NCBI GenBank assembly: GCA_964389665.1
Contig: CAYMFC010000002.1
Location: 1-48,435 of the forward strand
Length of the DNA stretch: 48,435 bases
Direction of reading: 5' to 3'
DNA from: an uncultured Desulfobacteraceae bacterium
GTDB taxonomy: Bacteria > Desulfobacterota > DSM-4660 > Desulfatiglandales > B25-G16
Positions 37,578 through 46,896 of the stretch are shown piece after piece. Position numbers and translations under genes: made by a program. How positions within the stretch are numbered: the first letter of the stretch is position 1; each line of letters opens with the position of its first letter. The notes beneath the pieces are model-generated. The model was not told the origin of the DNA and made no database searches. It was given only the letters and a program-made list of their open reading frames with translations.

Positions 37578-37723
37578 ATGACAAACTCGTAAAAAGTCGT
37601 ATTCGTTGAATCTGTCATTTCGACTGCAAGGAGAAATCTTGTATTTTCAGCATGTTATATTGATAAGATTTCTCGCTTCGCTCGAAATGACATGCTATTG
37701 AGACTTTTTACGAGTCCATCAAA
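37578..37723. repeat. Palindromic intergenic repeat family 1, copy B
   Basis: This copy is near-identical to 24001-24146 and in the same orientation. It ends 10 nt before the annotated mobA-like start. Confidence 0.85.
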
Positions 37724-37732
37724 TATGAATCA

Positions 37733-38401
37733 TTGGAACCAATTGGATTCACTGTGAAAACGAAAGCCGACCCCGAACCTCCTCCACGATATGAACACGT
37801 CACTGGCGTCATATTGGCAGGCGGACTGAGCACACGATATGGGGAAAATAAGGCCTTCCTCCAGATTGGCGGCGTTCGACTCATCGAACGCATCGCTGAT
37901 GAGATGAAGGGGATCTTCCATCAGGTGATCTTGGTAACCAACCAAAAGAGGGATTTCGAGTACCTCAAATTACCAATGGTAGAAGACCTCATCAAGGGTT
38001 TGGGGCCCCTCGGGGGCATATACACCGGGCTGAGCGCCATCTCGGGGCAGGCGGGTTTCTTTGTAGCGTGCGATATGCCGCTTCTCCACAAGGGCCTAAT
38101 TCGGTATATGGTCGAGATTATCGATGCTTACGAGGCAGTAATTCCTTCAGTAGGTAAATGGGTGGAGCCTCTCCATGCAGTATACGCCCGGTCCTGTTTA
38201 ACCAAGATCAAGGCCCTCATTGATGACAAGCGCTACCAGGTGAGGCTCTTTTACGATCGGTTGCGAGTCAGGTACGTGAGAGAGGATGAGATCAGACGAT
38301 TCTGCTGCCCGCAGGAGGCCTTCTTGAATATCAACACGCCTGAGGAGTTTGACAGGATACAATCCATCATGAAGGCCCACGGCGGGGGAAGACAGAGATG
38401 A
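37733..38401 (+). CDS. mobA: MobA-like nucleotidyltransferase (molybdenum cofactor guanylyltransferase family)
   Basis: The 222-aa ORF has the motifs GVILAGGLSTRYGENKAFL and FVACDMPLL. The start codon is uncertain: TTG at 37733 or GTG at 37754. Confidence 0.75.
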   Translation: MEPIGFTVKTKADPEPPPRYEHVTGVILAGGLSTRYGENKAFLQIGGVRLIERIADEMKGIFHQVILVTNQKRDFEYLKLPMVEDLIKGLGPLGGIYTGLSAISGQAGFFVACDMPLLHKGLIRYMVEIIDAYEAVIPSVGKWVEPLHAVYARSCLTKIKALIDDKRYQVRLFYDRLRVRYVREDEIRRFCCPQEAFLNINTPEEFDRIQSIMKAHGGGRQR

Positions 38402-39081
38402 TCATATCTGCTAACCAGCCGTTTTTCGCGCCTTTTACCGGTTTCTTCTCAAAGACCTGTCTCTCCGATACCATGGTCATCCTGGACGAGGTTCAATTCC
38501 CCCGGGGAAGCACGTGGATAACGAGGAATCGTTTTAAGAACGACAGGGGAACGCTATGGATGGCTATCCCCGTGTGGAGGAAGGGGTTGGGCCTCCAGAA
38601 GATCAATGAGGTAATGGTTTGCCCTGAGGGAAACTGGAGGAAAAAGCACCTGGAAAGCCTCAAGATCTCCTATGCGCATGCGCCCTATTTCAAGGAGCAT
38701 GTGGATTTTTTGACAGAAGCCCTCTCAGGGAAATTCGAGAGACTCATCGACGTCAATATGAGTATTATCCGATACTTACAGACACATCTCATGGTTGATA
38801 CACCTCTCATTATGCTCTCCGATTTAGGCATCAACAGCAAGGGGACCGTGCTTCTTGTTGATATATGCCGCACCCTGGGCGCATCCGGCTATCTCGCCCA
38901 AAGAAGCGCACAGAAGTATCTCGACAAGGGATTATTCGCCAATGCCGGCATACCACTCCATTTCTTTGACCCACCAGCGCCTGTGTATCCCCAGCTTTGG
39001 GGGGACTTTATCCGAAACCTCTCCGCCTTTGATCTGCTGTTCAACTGTGGCCCCAAAAGCAACGAGATCCTTTTCTCATAA
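38398..39081 (+). CDS. WbqC-family protein (function unknown)
   Basis: The 227-aa ORF has ISANQPFFAPFTGFFSK...VILDEVQFPRGSTWITRNR, typical of WbqC-like proteins. It has an ATGA overlap with the mobA-like gene. Confidence 0.78.
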   Translation: MIISANQPFFAPFTGFFSKTCLSDTMVILDEVQFPRGSTWITRNRFKNDRGTLWMAIPVWRKGLGLQKINEVMVCPEGNWRKKHLESLKISYAHAPYFKEHVDFLTEALSGKFERLIDVNMSIIRYLQTHLMVDTPLIMLSDLGINSKGTVLLVDICRTLGASGYLAQRSAQKYLDKGLFANAGIPLHFFDPPAPVYPQLWGDFIRNLSAFDLLFNCGPKSNEILFS

Positions 39082-39123
39082 TCAAGCTTGTGGGTACAAT
39101 ACTCCTTCGCAACTCAATACAAT

Positions 39124-39307
39124 GGAACAGGGAGATGTCTTTTTTTTGTCGTATGCCCTTTAAATAAAAGAGTCTGCAAGGTCCCGAAAAACGGGATGAA
39201 TTGCAACCAATCTATGAATATATTATGCGGATTTGATTCATCCCGTCTTTCGGGACAATTGTCAAAGCATAATAAGGGCATAGCAAAAAAAGACATCTCC
39301 CTGTTCC
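39124..39307. repeat. Palindromic intergenic repeat family 2, copy A (184 bp long hairpin)
   Basis: The core is shared with 41909-42115 (GTCTTTTTTTTG...CCCGAAAAACGGGATGAATTGC...ATTCATCCCGTCTTTCGGG...GGGCATAGCAAAAAAAGAC). The outer arms GGAACAGGGAGAT/ATCTCCCTGTTCC are perfectly complementary. It sits between convergent gene ends. Confidence 0.85.
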
Positions 39308-39420
39308 TCGCATTCCTCGATTCTTTTAGGTACCTCATCCACTGGGTGAGGTACTAAGAGCCATAATACGGACCCAAAAAGGGCCGGGCCAGGGGATAGC
39401 ACGCAAAAAACCTTGTATCA

Positions 39421-40554
39421 TTATGTTTTATTGCTCGATCTCAGCATTGAAAGGAAACCTATCACATGCCTCGCAAACCTCCACCGATAACTTACGTATT
39501 TGATGTCCCCTGCCATCATATCGGAAACAATCCCCCGCATGGTCTTGCTCTTCTCCACAAGGGCAACCATAGTACCGATAAACTCATCCCGGTACAGGTA
39601 TTGATAACTTCGAGATGCCTCGAGCAAGATACCGCCGATACGCTCCCTGCATATGTGCTGATAATGGGGTAAGCTGTTCTCTGTGATGCATGAAGCCAGG
39701 ATATCGGCTGAACACAAGGCGTAGTAGATGCCTTCGCCGCTAATCGGATCTACGAATGAGGCTGCATCCCCGATCAATGCCCAATTCTCGGAACATATCC
39801 TTTGGCTACGGAATTTGTATGCGGAGAACACGGGAATGACGCCGCCCCGAAATGAAATTCCCTTGAGGTGACCGGGGAAATGGATCTGGATGTAGTGACG
39901 GAGCATGTCCTTCAAGATGTCGATCCCTTTGCCTGTTTCATGCCGGCACATGATGCCTACGCCAGTTCTGTCAACCCTCGGGAATGCCCAAAGGTAGCCC
40001 TTGAGATCAGGGAAAAACGTGAAGGTAGCAGAATCACCGGTGAGGTCAAGAAAGCACTCAAGGGCCAAAAAGCAATCAGGTTTCCCGGTTGGAATCCCCA
40101 GTATCTTTCGCGTCCTGCTCATTGCTCCATCCGCACCAACAAGGATCTCCGCCTCATACTCGTCGTGGTCCGTGGAAATCCTCCAGCGATTCCCCTCTCT
40201 AAAAAATTCCCATACCCTTTCTCCCCTGAAATGGGCGCCGAGCTCCCGGGCCGTCGTGAGCAGTGAGTAATCCAAGTCCATCCTGTTAAATATGGTCAAC
40301 GGCTTCTCAAGCTCTACGGTAGCCATCCTGCCGCTCGGGGAATAAATCCCTATACTCCTTACCTCATTTCGAGGGCATGGCAGATCTTGAAGGAGGGGAA
40401 AATCTGCCATTGCTTTAGGGGTTACCCCGCCTCCGCATAACTTCTCGTGAGGTGCCCGAGGATCGAATATAATCGTATCTATGCCCCTCTTGCTCAAAAG
40501 ATATGCGAGATAGGAACCACCGACCCCAGCACCTACTATGCCAACCTTGTACAT
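39421..40554 (-). CDS. Geranylgeranyl reductase-family FAD-dependent oxidoreductase
   Basis: The 377-aa ORF has an N-terminal dinucleotide fold, VGIVGAGVGGSYLAYLLSKRG, and LIGDAASFVDPISGEGIYYA, typical of the GGR family. Confidence 0.8.
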   Translation of the reverse strand: MYKVGIVGAGVGGSYLAYLLSKRGIDTIIFDPRAPHEKLCGGGVTPKAMADFPLLQDLPCPRNEVRSIGIYSPSGRMATVELEKPLTIFNRMDLDYSLLTTARELGAHFRGERVWEFFREGNRWRISTDHDEYEAEILVGADGAMSRTRKILGIPTGKPDCFLALECFLDLTGDSATFTFFPDLKGYLWAFPRVDRTGVGIMCRHETGKGIDILKDMLRHYIQIHFPGHLKGISFRGGVIPVFSAYKFRSQRICSENWALIGDAASFVDPISGEGIYYALCSADILASCITENSLPHYQHICRERIGGILLEASRSYQYLYRDEFIGTMVALVEKSKTMRGIVSDMMAGDIKYVSYRWRFARHVIGFLSMLRSSNKT

Positions 40555-40804
40555 AGCACCTGTGATCTCCCTTTAAGCCCTCATCCCCCAACAAACGGCG
40601 AGAAAGGATATCTCAGGTCAATCCTTAAGAAAATGATACCTTTTAGCATTCGCCGCTATATAGTACAATATATTACTGGTATTTCGGCCCGTAGTGCCAG
40701 CGGGTAACTCACGGGAGAGGCCTCATCCACCCAGGGCTTGCAGTATGGTCTCCGTGATCAGAGCCTTGGAAATGTCCAGCCCACCCAGGTTAAACGGGGT
40801 TTTA

Positions 40805-41854
40805 ATGATGAACAGCAAAGAAATCAGCATTGATGGAAGATATGGCGAGGGTGGTGGGCAGACCCTCAGAACTGCCCTCACGCTCTCGGCGCTCTTGAAC
40901 GTACCGGTCAGGATCGATCACATCAGGGGCAACCGCACAAAGCCCGGCCTGAGACCTCAGCACCTCGCGGCGGTCAATGCCCTGACGGCTGTCACCGGTG
41001 CCAGGGTTGATGGCGCTAGGGTTGACTCAACCAAACTCCTCTTTGAGCCCCATAAGGTAAGAGGAGGAAACTACAGCTTCCACATCGGCACCGCAGGATC
41101 CACCGCATTAGTGCTTCAAACGCTGATCCCTGTGCTGCTGTTCGGAAACACGCGCTCCCATGTTCACATCTCGGGAGGCACCCATGTGCCGTGGAGCCCC
41201 CCGTTCCATTACCTCCAGTCCGTGTTCTCGCCCGCCCTCAAGGCGATGGGAGGGAAGCTAGATCTGGAGATTCTCAAATGGGGCTGGTATCCTAAGGGGG
41301 GCGGGGTACTAAGGGCATCTGTTTACCCTACGCGCGGCCTTAAGGCAATCCAGTACCTTCACAGGGGCAACCTCACGGACATCCACGTGCTTTCCGCTTC
41401 CTCCGAACTCCCGCTCCATATAGCAGAAAGGCAAAAGGATCAGGCATTGAGAAGGCTCGAATACCTTGGAATTACGCCGCGTACCCGGATCGAGGATGCC
41501 CCCTCTCCTGGTCAGGGAACCGCCCTCTTTCTCGCCGTTCAATTCGAGGGAAGTAACGCGGGATTCACCTCTCTGGGAAAGAGGGGCAAAAGGGCCGAGG
41601 CGGTAGCCGATGATGCCTGTGATCTGTTGATCGGATTTCTGGATGGGGGCGGGGTCATCGACAGACACCTTGCCGACCAGCTCGTCCTCTATATGGCCCT
41701 TGCCGATGGTTACTCAACATTTCTTACCGAGAACGTAACGGAACATCTGCTCACGAACATTTGGGTGGTCGAACAGTTCCTTCAGGTCACCTTTGCGGTA
41801 GAAGAGGGAGCCGGGAAGATAGGGGTCCAAGGTTCAGGATTTGCCCCCAGTTAG
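40805..41854 (+). CDS. rtcA: RNA 3'-terminal phosphate cyclase RtcA
   Basis: The ORF has IDGRYGEGGGQTLRTALTLSAL...KPGLRPQHL and the catalytic-His region DRHLADQLVLYMAL. I chose the ATG at 40805, whereas the track ORF begins at 40694. Confidence 0.9.
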   Translation: MMNSKEISIDGRYGEGGGQTLRTALTLSALLNVPVRIDHIRGNRTKPGLRPQHLAAVNALTAVTGARVDGARVDSTKLLFEPHKVRGGNYSFHIGTAGSTALVLQTLIPVLLFGNTRSHVHISGGTHVPWSPPFHYLQSVFSPALKAMGGKLDLEILKWGWYPKGGGVLRASVYPTRGLKAIQYLHRGNLTDIHVLSASSELPLHIAERQKDQALRRLEYLGITPRTRIEDAPSPGQGTALFLAVQFEGSNAGFTSLGKRGKRAEAVADDACDLLIGFLDGGGVIDRHLADQLVLYMALADGYSTFLTENVTEHLLTNIWVVEQFLQVTFAVEEGAGKIGVQGSGFAPS

Positions 41855-41908
41855 CAAATGACCCCGGCGCTTCCTTTAGGGTGATATATGAAAGAAACGT
41901 ATCGCTGA

Positions 41909-42115
41909 GCATGGCGGTGTCTTTTTTTTGCCATAGGCCCTTTAAATAAAAGGCATTGCATGTTCCCGAAAACGGGATGAATTGCCTCTCGGCCCTGAGC
42001 TCGAGGCCGAAGGGCAACCAACCTTTGAAGGTAGTATGCGGATTGGATTCATCCGGTTTTTCGGGACAAATGTCAAGGCATCATAAGGGCATAGCAAAAA
42101 AAGACACCGCCATGC
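41909..42115. repeat. Palindromic intergenic repeat family 2, copy B (207 bp, with nested 30-nt hairpin insertion)
   Basis: It has the same core as copy A, with outer arms GCATGGCGGT/ACCGCCATGC that are complementary but differ from those of copy A. An extra segment, CTCTCGGCCCTGAGCTCGAGGCCGAAGGGC, lies in the apical region. It sits between convergent gene ends. Confidence 0.85.
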
Positions 42116-42146
42116 CATTTTTCATTCAGTTTCTTCTGAGCAGGTA

Positions 42147-42566
42147 TCAGAGAAAGGGAAGTTTTTCCTTCTTTCGGTATGCCAGGGCCTGACATGAGGC
42201 GATCAATATGCCGTCCCCCTCAGTGACCTTTATATCATAGGTTGCCGTCTTCGTAGATCGGTATATCTCCTTTGACTCAGCCCTCAACACGCCGCCTCTC
42301 GACGGGGGCCTGTGATAGGTTACCGTCATACTCAGGGCAACGGCCACCGTTCCATGTGTATTACAGGATATCTCAAAGGCCTCATCGATCAGGGAAAAGA
42401 TGGCACCTCCGTGGACCATATGGAAGATGTTTTCCATATCATAATTAACCGGCATCTCGACAAGGGCGTATCCGGGCTCCGCTTTTCGCAACACAAGATT
42501 GAGCTTTCTGGCGTATGGCTCCTCGGCTACCCTCCTCCTGATCACATCTATGACCGTTGCATCCAT
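42147..42566 (-). CDS. PaaI/hotdog-fold thioesterase
   Basis: The 139-aa ORF has HGGAIFSLIDEAF and the architecture typical of PaaI-family thioesterases. Confidence 0.83.
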   Translation of the reverse strand: MDATVIDVIRRRVAEEPYARKLNLVLRKAEPGYALVEMPVNYDMENIFHMVHGGAIFSLIDEAFEISCNTHGTVAVALSMTVTYHRPPSRGGVLRAESKEIYRSTKTATYDIKVTEGDGILIASCQALAYRKKEKLPFL

Positions 42567-42950
42567 GCTCTTCTCTCCCTAGACCCACGGAACGCCCAAA
42601 ACTCCAGCACCCATGATAAGCCTGCGCATCTGCTTCACGCGTACATACCATACATGTATTCGACGGGGTTTCCCAAGTCAAGGATAATAGGGCTCAGGGA
42701 AGAAAGTGCCTCCCTTTCATGCATCAACGGCTCGTCCCTCGAACAACGAGCTCTCGTCTTGCCCAAGGAACGGTGCACGAGCTCACAACATCACGGTCAT
42801 CTCCCTGAATGATAGGGTCTCATTGCAACTCCCCTTGAATATCTTGACGACCACGGAATTCTGTGCTCATATAGATGCTTCTGTATAGCAATGCTTCCTC
42901 ATGGGAGGGGAAGCCGGTTGATCAAGAAAACAAAACAGGGGAGCCTGGTA

Positions 42951-44303
42951 ATGGCAGAGACTGGAAAAAGGGCCACCATCCTCGTGGTTGATGATGAAAA
43001 GGGGGTTCGCCAGTCCTTCCATATGGTGTTACAGGACGAATTCGAGGTCCTACTCGCTGAAACAGGCAATGAGGCTATCGATATCTTCTCGAAGAACCCC
43101 GTTGATGTAATCCTGCTCGATATCCTCCTGCCGGATGTCAACGGTATAGAATTGCTCGTGAGGCTCAAGGATGTGGATCCCAATACTGAAATTATCATGA
43201 TAACCGCGGTTAAAGAGATCCGGACAGCGGTAAAAGCGATCAAACAGGGTGCCTACGAGTACATCGTTAAGCCGTTCAATGTGGATGAGGTAATCACGGT
43301 TATCCGCCGCGCCTTGGAGAAACACGCGCTTGTCAAAGAGGTCGCCTATCTCAAGGGAGAGCTCGAGAGGGTCCAGTCCTTTGAGGAGATGGTCGGAAAT
43401 GACAAGATGATGGTGAAGATCTTCGATCTTATATCGACTATCTCTCAAAGCGATGGCACAGTACTTATTCAAGGAGAGAGCGGAACGGGAAAAGAGCTCG
43501 TTGCCAGGGCCATCCATCGCCGTAGTCCCAGAAAGGATCAACCTTTTGTGGTCATCAACTGTGCCGCTATACCGGCAACACTCATGGAGAGCGAGATCTT
43601 CGGCCATACAAAGGGCGCATTTACAGGTGCTGTGCATACCACCATGGGCAAGCTCGAAATAGCTCATAGGGGAACTATCCTGCTTGACGATATTGACTCC
43701 CTTGACATCAATATGCAGGGAAATCTCCTCAGGGTTATTCAGGAAAGGGAATTTGAAAGACTGGGGAGCACAAAGGTGATAAGGGTCGATGTACGCTTTA
43801 TCGCGGCCTCCAATAAGGACCTAGAAGAGCTCATCGCCAAGGGAGAATTCCGGGAAGACCTCTTTTATCGACTGAACGTCTTTCCTACCGTGTTGCCTCC
43901 TCTCAGAGAGAGAAGGGGGGACATCCCATCCCTGTTAAACCATTTCCTGGGTCATTTCTCCAAAGGGGATAATCCTCCCCAGAGGTTTTCGCCGGAGGCT
44001 GTGAAGGTATTGACGCAATACGATTGGCCCGGCAATGTAAGAGAGCTTGAAAACCTCGTCCAAAGGCTAGCTACTCTATGCAAAGGGCCCGTTATCCATC
44101 TCAGGGACATCCCCATGTTTACCGTGACCAGAACCGAGATAAAGGACATGCCCCTTCGACAGGCGGTCAAGGCCTTCGAAAGACACTATATTGCCTCCAT
44201 ACTCGAGAGCGTGAATTACAACAAAAACCAGGCCGCTGAGATCCTAGGCGTTCATCGCAATACCCTCTCGACCAAACTAGGTGATCTCGGCATAAAGCCC
44301 TAG
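42951..44303 (+). CDS. Sigma-54-dependent response regulator (NtrC family: REC + AAA+ + Fis-type HTH)
   Basis: The REC domain has ILVVDDE and ILLDILLPD. The AAA+ domain has GESGTGKE and GAFTGA. The C-terminal HTH is [18 protein letters not shown]. The start is probably the ATG at 42951 after GGGGAG, whereas the track ORF begins at 42891. No cognate kinase is adjacent. Confidence 0.9.
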   Translation: MAETGKRATILVVDDEKGVRQSFHMVLQDEFEVLLAETGNEAIDIFSKNPVDVILLDILLPDVNGIELLVRLKDVDPNTEIIMITAVKEIRTAVKAIKQGAYEYIVKPFNVDEVITVIRRALEKHALVKEVAYLKGELERVQSFEEMVGNDKMMVKIFDLISTISQSDGTVLIQGESGTGKELVARAIHRRSPRKDQPFVVINCAAIPATLMESEIFGHTKGAFTGAVHTTMGKLEIAHRGTILLDDIDSLDINMQGNLLRVIQEREFERLGSTKVIRVDVRFIAASNKDLEELIAKGEFREDLFYRLNVFPTVLPPLRERRGDIPSLLNHFLGHFSKGDNPPQRFSPEAVKVLTQYDWPGNVRELENLVQRLATLCKGPVIHLRDIPMFTVTRTEIKDMPLRQAVKAFERHYIASILESVNYNKNQAAEILGVHRNTLSTKLGDLGIKP

Positions 44304-44382
44304 CCTCACACAATTCATCGCACCCATGAAGAATAAAACCAATCCCGTTACCTGCTACACGGTATTGTCTTCAGCTGATCCC

Positions 44383-45726
44383 TCACCGCAACCTCTCTAG
44401 CGCTTCCTCAACGAGTGTCCTAATCTCAGCAAGCCTGCCCTTGGATCGGGCTTCAAACCTCAGAACCAGAGCGGGCTGTGTATTGGAGGCCCTTACCAAC
44501 CCCCACCCATCTTCGAATACAATCCTCACGCCATCCACATCGATTATCGAATACCGGGCGCTGAACTCCTCTCTGAGCCGATCTACGAGTCCGAATTTCT
44601 CAGCATCAGGACACTCGACCCTGATCTCGGGCGTGGTGTGCGATTGAGGCACATCGGCTAAGAGCTCTGAAAGCGATTTGCCCGTCTTGGACAGTATCTC
44701 CAGGAGCCTGCATGATGCGTAAATGGCATCATCATACCCATAATAGCGATCGGCAAAGAACATATGCCCGCTCATCTCTCCTGCGAGAACGGCCTTGGTC
44801 TCCTTCATCTTGTTCTTTATCAGGGAATGCCCCGTCTTCCACATGATGGCCTTCCCCCCGTGGGCCTCGATGTCCTTATACAGCCTGTCAGAGGATTTTA
44901 CCTCGGAGATAACACTCGCCCCAGGATGATCCGCTAAGACATCCCGGGCAAACAGGAGCAAGAGCATATCCCCGAATACAATGTCGCCGGAACTGTCCAC
45001 CGCCCCGATCCTGTCAGCATCTCCATCAACCCCGATACCGAGCATGAGGCTATGGCTCGTTACCTCCTCGATGAGATCTTTCATGTTTTCCAGCACTGTG
45101 GGGTCCGGCTCATGGTTGGGAAAGGTACCGTCCATTTCACAGTAGAGGGGGTGAAGATCGCAGCCGAGGGATTTCAGGATCCTTACCCCTATGGGGCCTC
45201 CGGTCCCATTCCCGGCGTCAAACGCCACTTTGATGCCGCGTGTTACCGTGATATCCCTCACAATCCTCTCGACATAGGGCTCAATGATCTCCACCGGCAC
45301 CGAGGTTCCCGTTCCCTTATAAAAGTCCGTACCCTCGATGATCTTCCGTACCCTTTGGATCTCCTCGCCGTAGATGGTGTCATAACCCCGGCATATCTTA
45401 AAGCCATTGTACTGCGGAGGATTATGGCTGGCCGTAATCATCAATCCCCCCTCTACCTCCAGGCGCCGCACACCGAAGTAGAACGTGGGGGTAGGGCAAA
45501 TACCGCCGTCCATGACATCACAGCCGGTGGAAATGAGGCCCTCCGTGACCTCCTCGCTGATTACGGGCGAAGTCAGCCTGCAGTCCCTTGCAAGGAGGAT
45601 CCTTCTTTTTCCCAAACCTCTGAAGTAGCTGCCAAAGCCCCTGCCCATAGTAATGAACTCATCCTCCGTGATGTCCTCACCGATCACACCTCGTATATCG
45701 TACTCCCTGTAAATCTCAGGGTTCAT
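44383..45726 (-). CDS. Phosphomannomutase/phosphoglucomutase
   Basis: The 447-aa ORF has the phosphoserine loop TASHNPPQYNGFK, the metal loop GVDGDADR and a sugar-binding GEMSGH. Confidence 0.9.
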   Translation of the reverse strand: MNPEIYREYDIRGVIGEDITEDEFITMGRGFGSYFRGLGKRRILLARDCRLTSPVISEEVTEGLISTGCDVMDGGICPTPTFYFGVRRLEVEGGLMITASHNPPQYNGFKICRGYDTIYGEEIQRVRKIIEGTDFYKGTGTSVPVEIIEPYVERIVRDITVTRGIKVAFDAGNGTGGPIGVRILKSLGCDLHPLYCEMDGTFPNHEPDPTVLENMKDLIEEVTSHSLMLGIGVDGDADRIGAVDSSGDIVFGDMLLLLFARDVLADHPGASVISEVKSSDRLYKDIEAHGGKAIMWKTGHSLIKNKMKETKAVLAGEMSGHMFFADRYYGYDDAIYASCRLLEILSKTGKSLSELLADVPQSHTTPEIRVECPDAEKFGLVDRLREEFSARYSIIDVDGVRIVFEDGWGLVRASNTQPALVLRFEARSKGRLAEIRTLVEEALERLR

Positions 45727-45807
45727 ATCGACTCCTTACTTGATTATGTGTCCTGTTTTTACGCTCGTACATCTCAAAGGAAAAAGAGCACCCACATCCC
45801 TTGAAGC

Positions 45808-46896
45808 CTAAAGAAGGTCGTCATAGCCACGGGCCCGTAGAATCTCCACAAGCCTCCTCACGTCCTGAGACCGTTCCTTCTTACACACCAGCAGGACATC
45901 GTCCTCCTCCACAATGATCAAATCCTCCACCCCAAGCAGGGCTACGGGCTTCTTTGGGCTGTGCACGATACATCCAGAGGAGTCCAGATTGACTACCTCG
46001 CCGATACAGGCGTTTTTTTCTCCATCGTGGGGCCAGCACTGAGCTGCCGAGGGCCAGCAGCCCACGTCATCCCAGCCGAAGTTCCCCTCAACCATGAGCA
46101 CATTCCTCGATTTCTCTATCACGCCGTAATCGATCGATACGGCCTCCATCTTCCCATAGGCCTCTCCGATTATCCTTTGCTCGTCACCCCTGCCCAAAGA
46201 TGCCCGGATTTCCATGAGAAGCTCATAGGTGCGAGGAAGGTGCTCTCCTATCTCCTTCAGCATCACAGAGGCCTTGGCGATAAACATACCGCTATTCCAG
46301 AAAAAACAACCTCTTTCTAGGAAATCCTTGGCCCTCTGAAGGTCTGGCTTCTCATGAAAGGATGTTACGGTGCGGATCGCGGGTTCTGTATCGATCAGCT
46401 TGCCCGCCTCGATGTACCCATACCCGGTCTCAGGCGCCCGAGGGGAGATTCCAACGGTCACGATAGAATCACCCTGCAAGGCCCTGCTCACAGCTGCCCG
46501 TATCGTCTGTCGAAAAAGCTCTTGATCCTCGATGTCGTGATCCGCAGGGAGCACCACCATCACTGAACCAGGACGATCCTGCTCAACATAAAGGGCGGAT
46601 ATCCCGATTGCAGGGGCTGTATTTCGCCCAAAAGGTTCGGCTATGATATCCCGCTGTGCTATCTCGGGCAGGATCCGCATGACGGCTTCCGCCTGAGCTC
46701 GGGTAGTCACGATCTTTATCCGCTCGGGGGGTGTAATGGGCTTGATGAGCTCTACTGCCTTTTTCAGGAGTATCTCATCCCCTGTGATATTCAGCAGCTG
46801 TTTGGGTCGGTCCCTTCTGCTCCGCGGCCAGAACCTCGTCCCGCTCCCGCCAGCCATAATGACCGCATAGCAACCTTCTGTTCGTGATCTTTCCAT
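45808..46896 (-). CDS. manC: Mannose-1-phosphate guanylyltransferase
   Basis: The 362-aa ORF has the motifs VIMAGGSGTRFWPRSRRDRPKQLL and VLPADH, and a C-terminal beta-helix-like region. Its start codon abuts the upstream stop codon. Confidence 0.87.
   Translation of the reverse strand: MERSRTEGCYAVIMAGGSGTRFWPRSRRDRPKQLLNITGDEILLKKAVELIKPITPPERIKIVTTRAQAEAVMRILPEIAQRDIIAEPFGRNTAPAIGISALYVEQDRPGSVMVVLPADHDIEDQELFRQTIRAAVSRALQGDSIVTVGISPRAPETGYGYIEAGKLIDTEPAIRTVTSFHEKPDLQRAKDFLERGCFFWNSGMFIAKASVMLKEIGEHLPRTYELLMEIRASLGRGDEQRIIGEAYGKMEAVSIDYGVIEKSRNVLMVEGNFGWDDVGCWPSAAQCWPHDGEKNACIGEVVNLDSSGCIVHSPKKPVALLGVEDLIIVEEDDVLLVCKKERSQDVRRLVEILRARGYDDLL

Noticed and set aside
39088-39357. ORFs 39088-39357 and 41956-42192 give similar peptides (…NGMNC…GIAKKD…), which hints at a small conserved protein inside repeat family 2.
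   Set aside because: The similarity simply reflects the repeated DNA. Upstream of the shared part the two copies are in different frames because of a 1-nt difference in the A-run, and copy B has a stop there. Of the 11 substitutions I compared in the shared frame, most fall at first or second codon positions, so nearly all are non-synonymous. The sequence is a palindrome, which is better explained by nucleic-acid structure.
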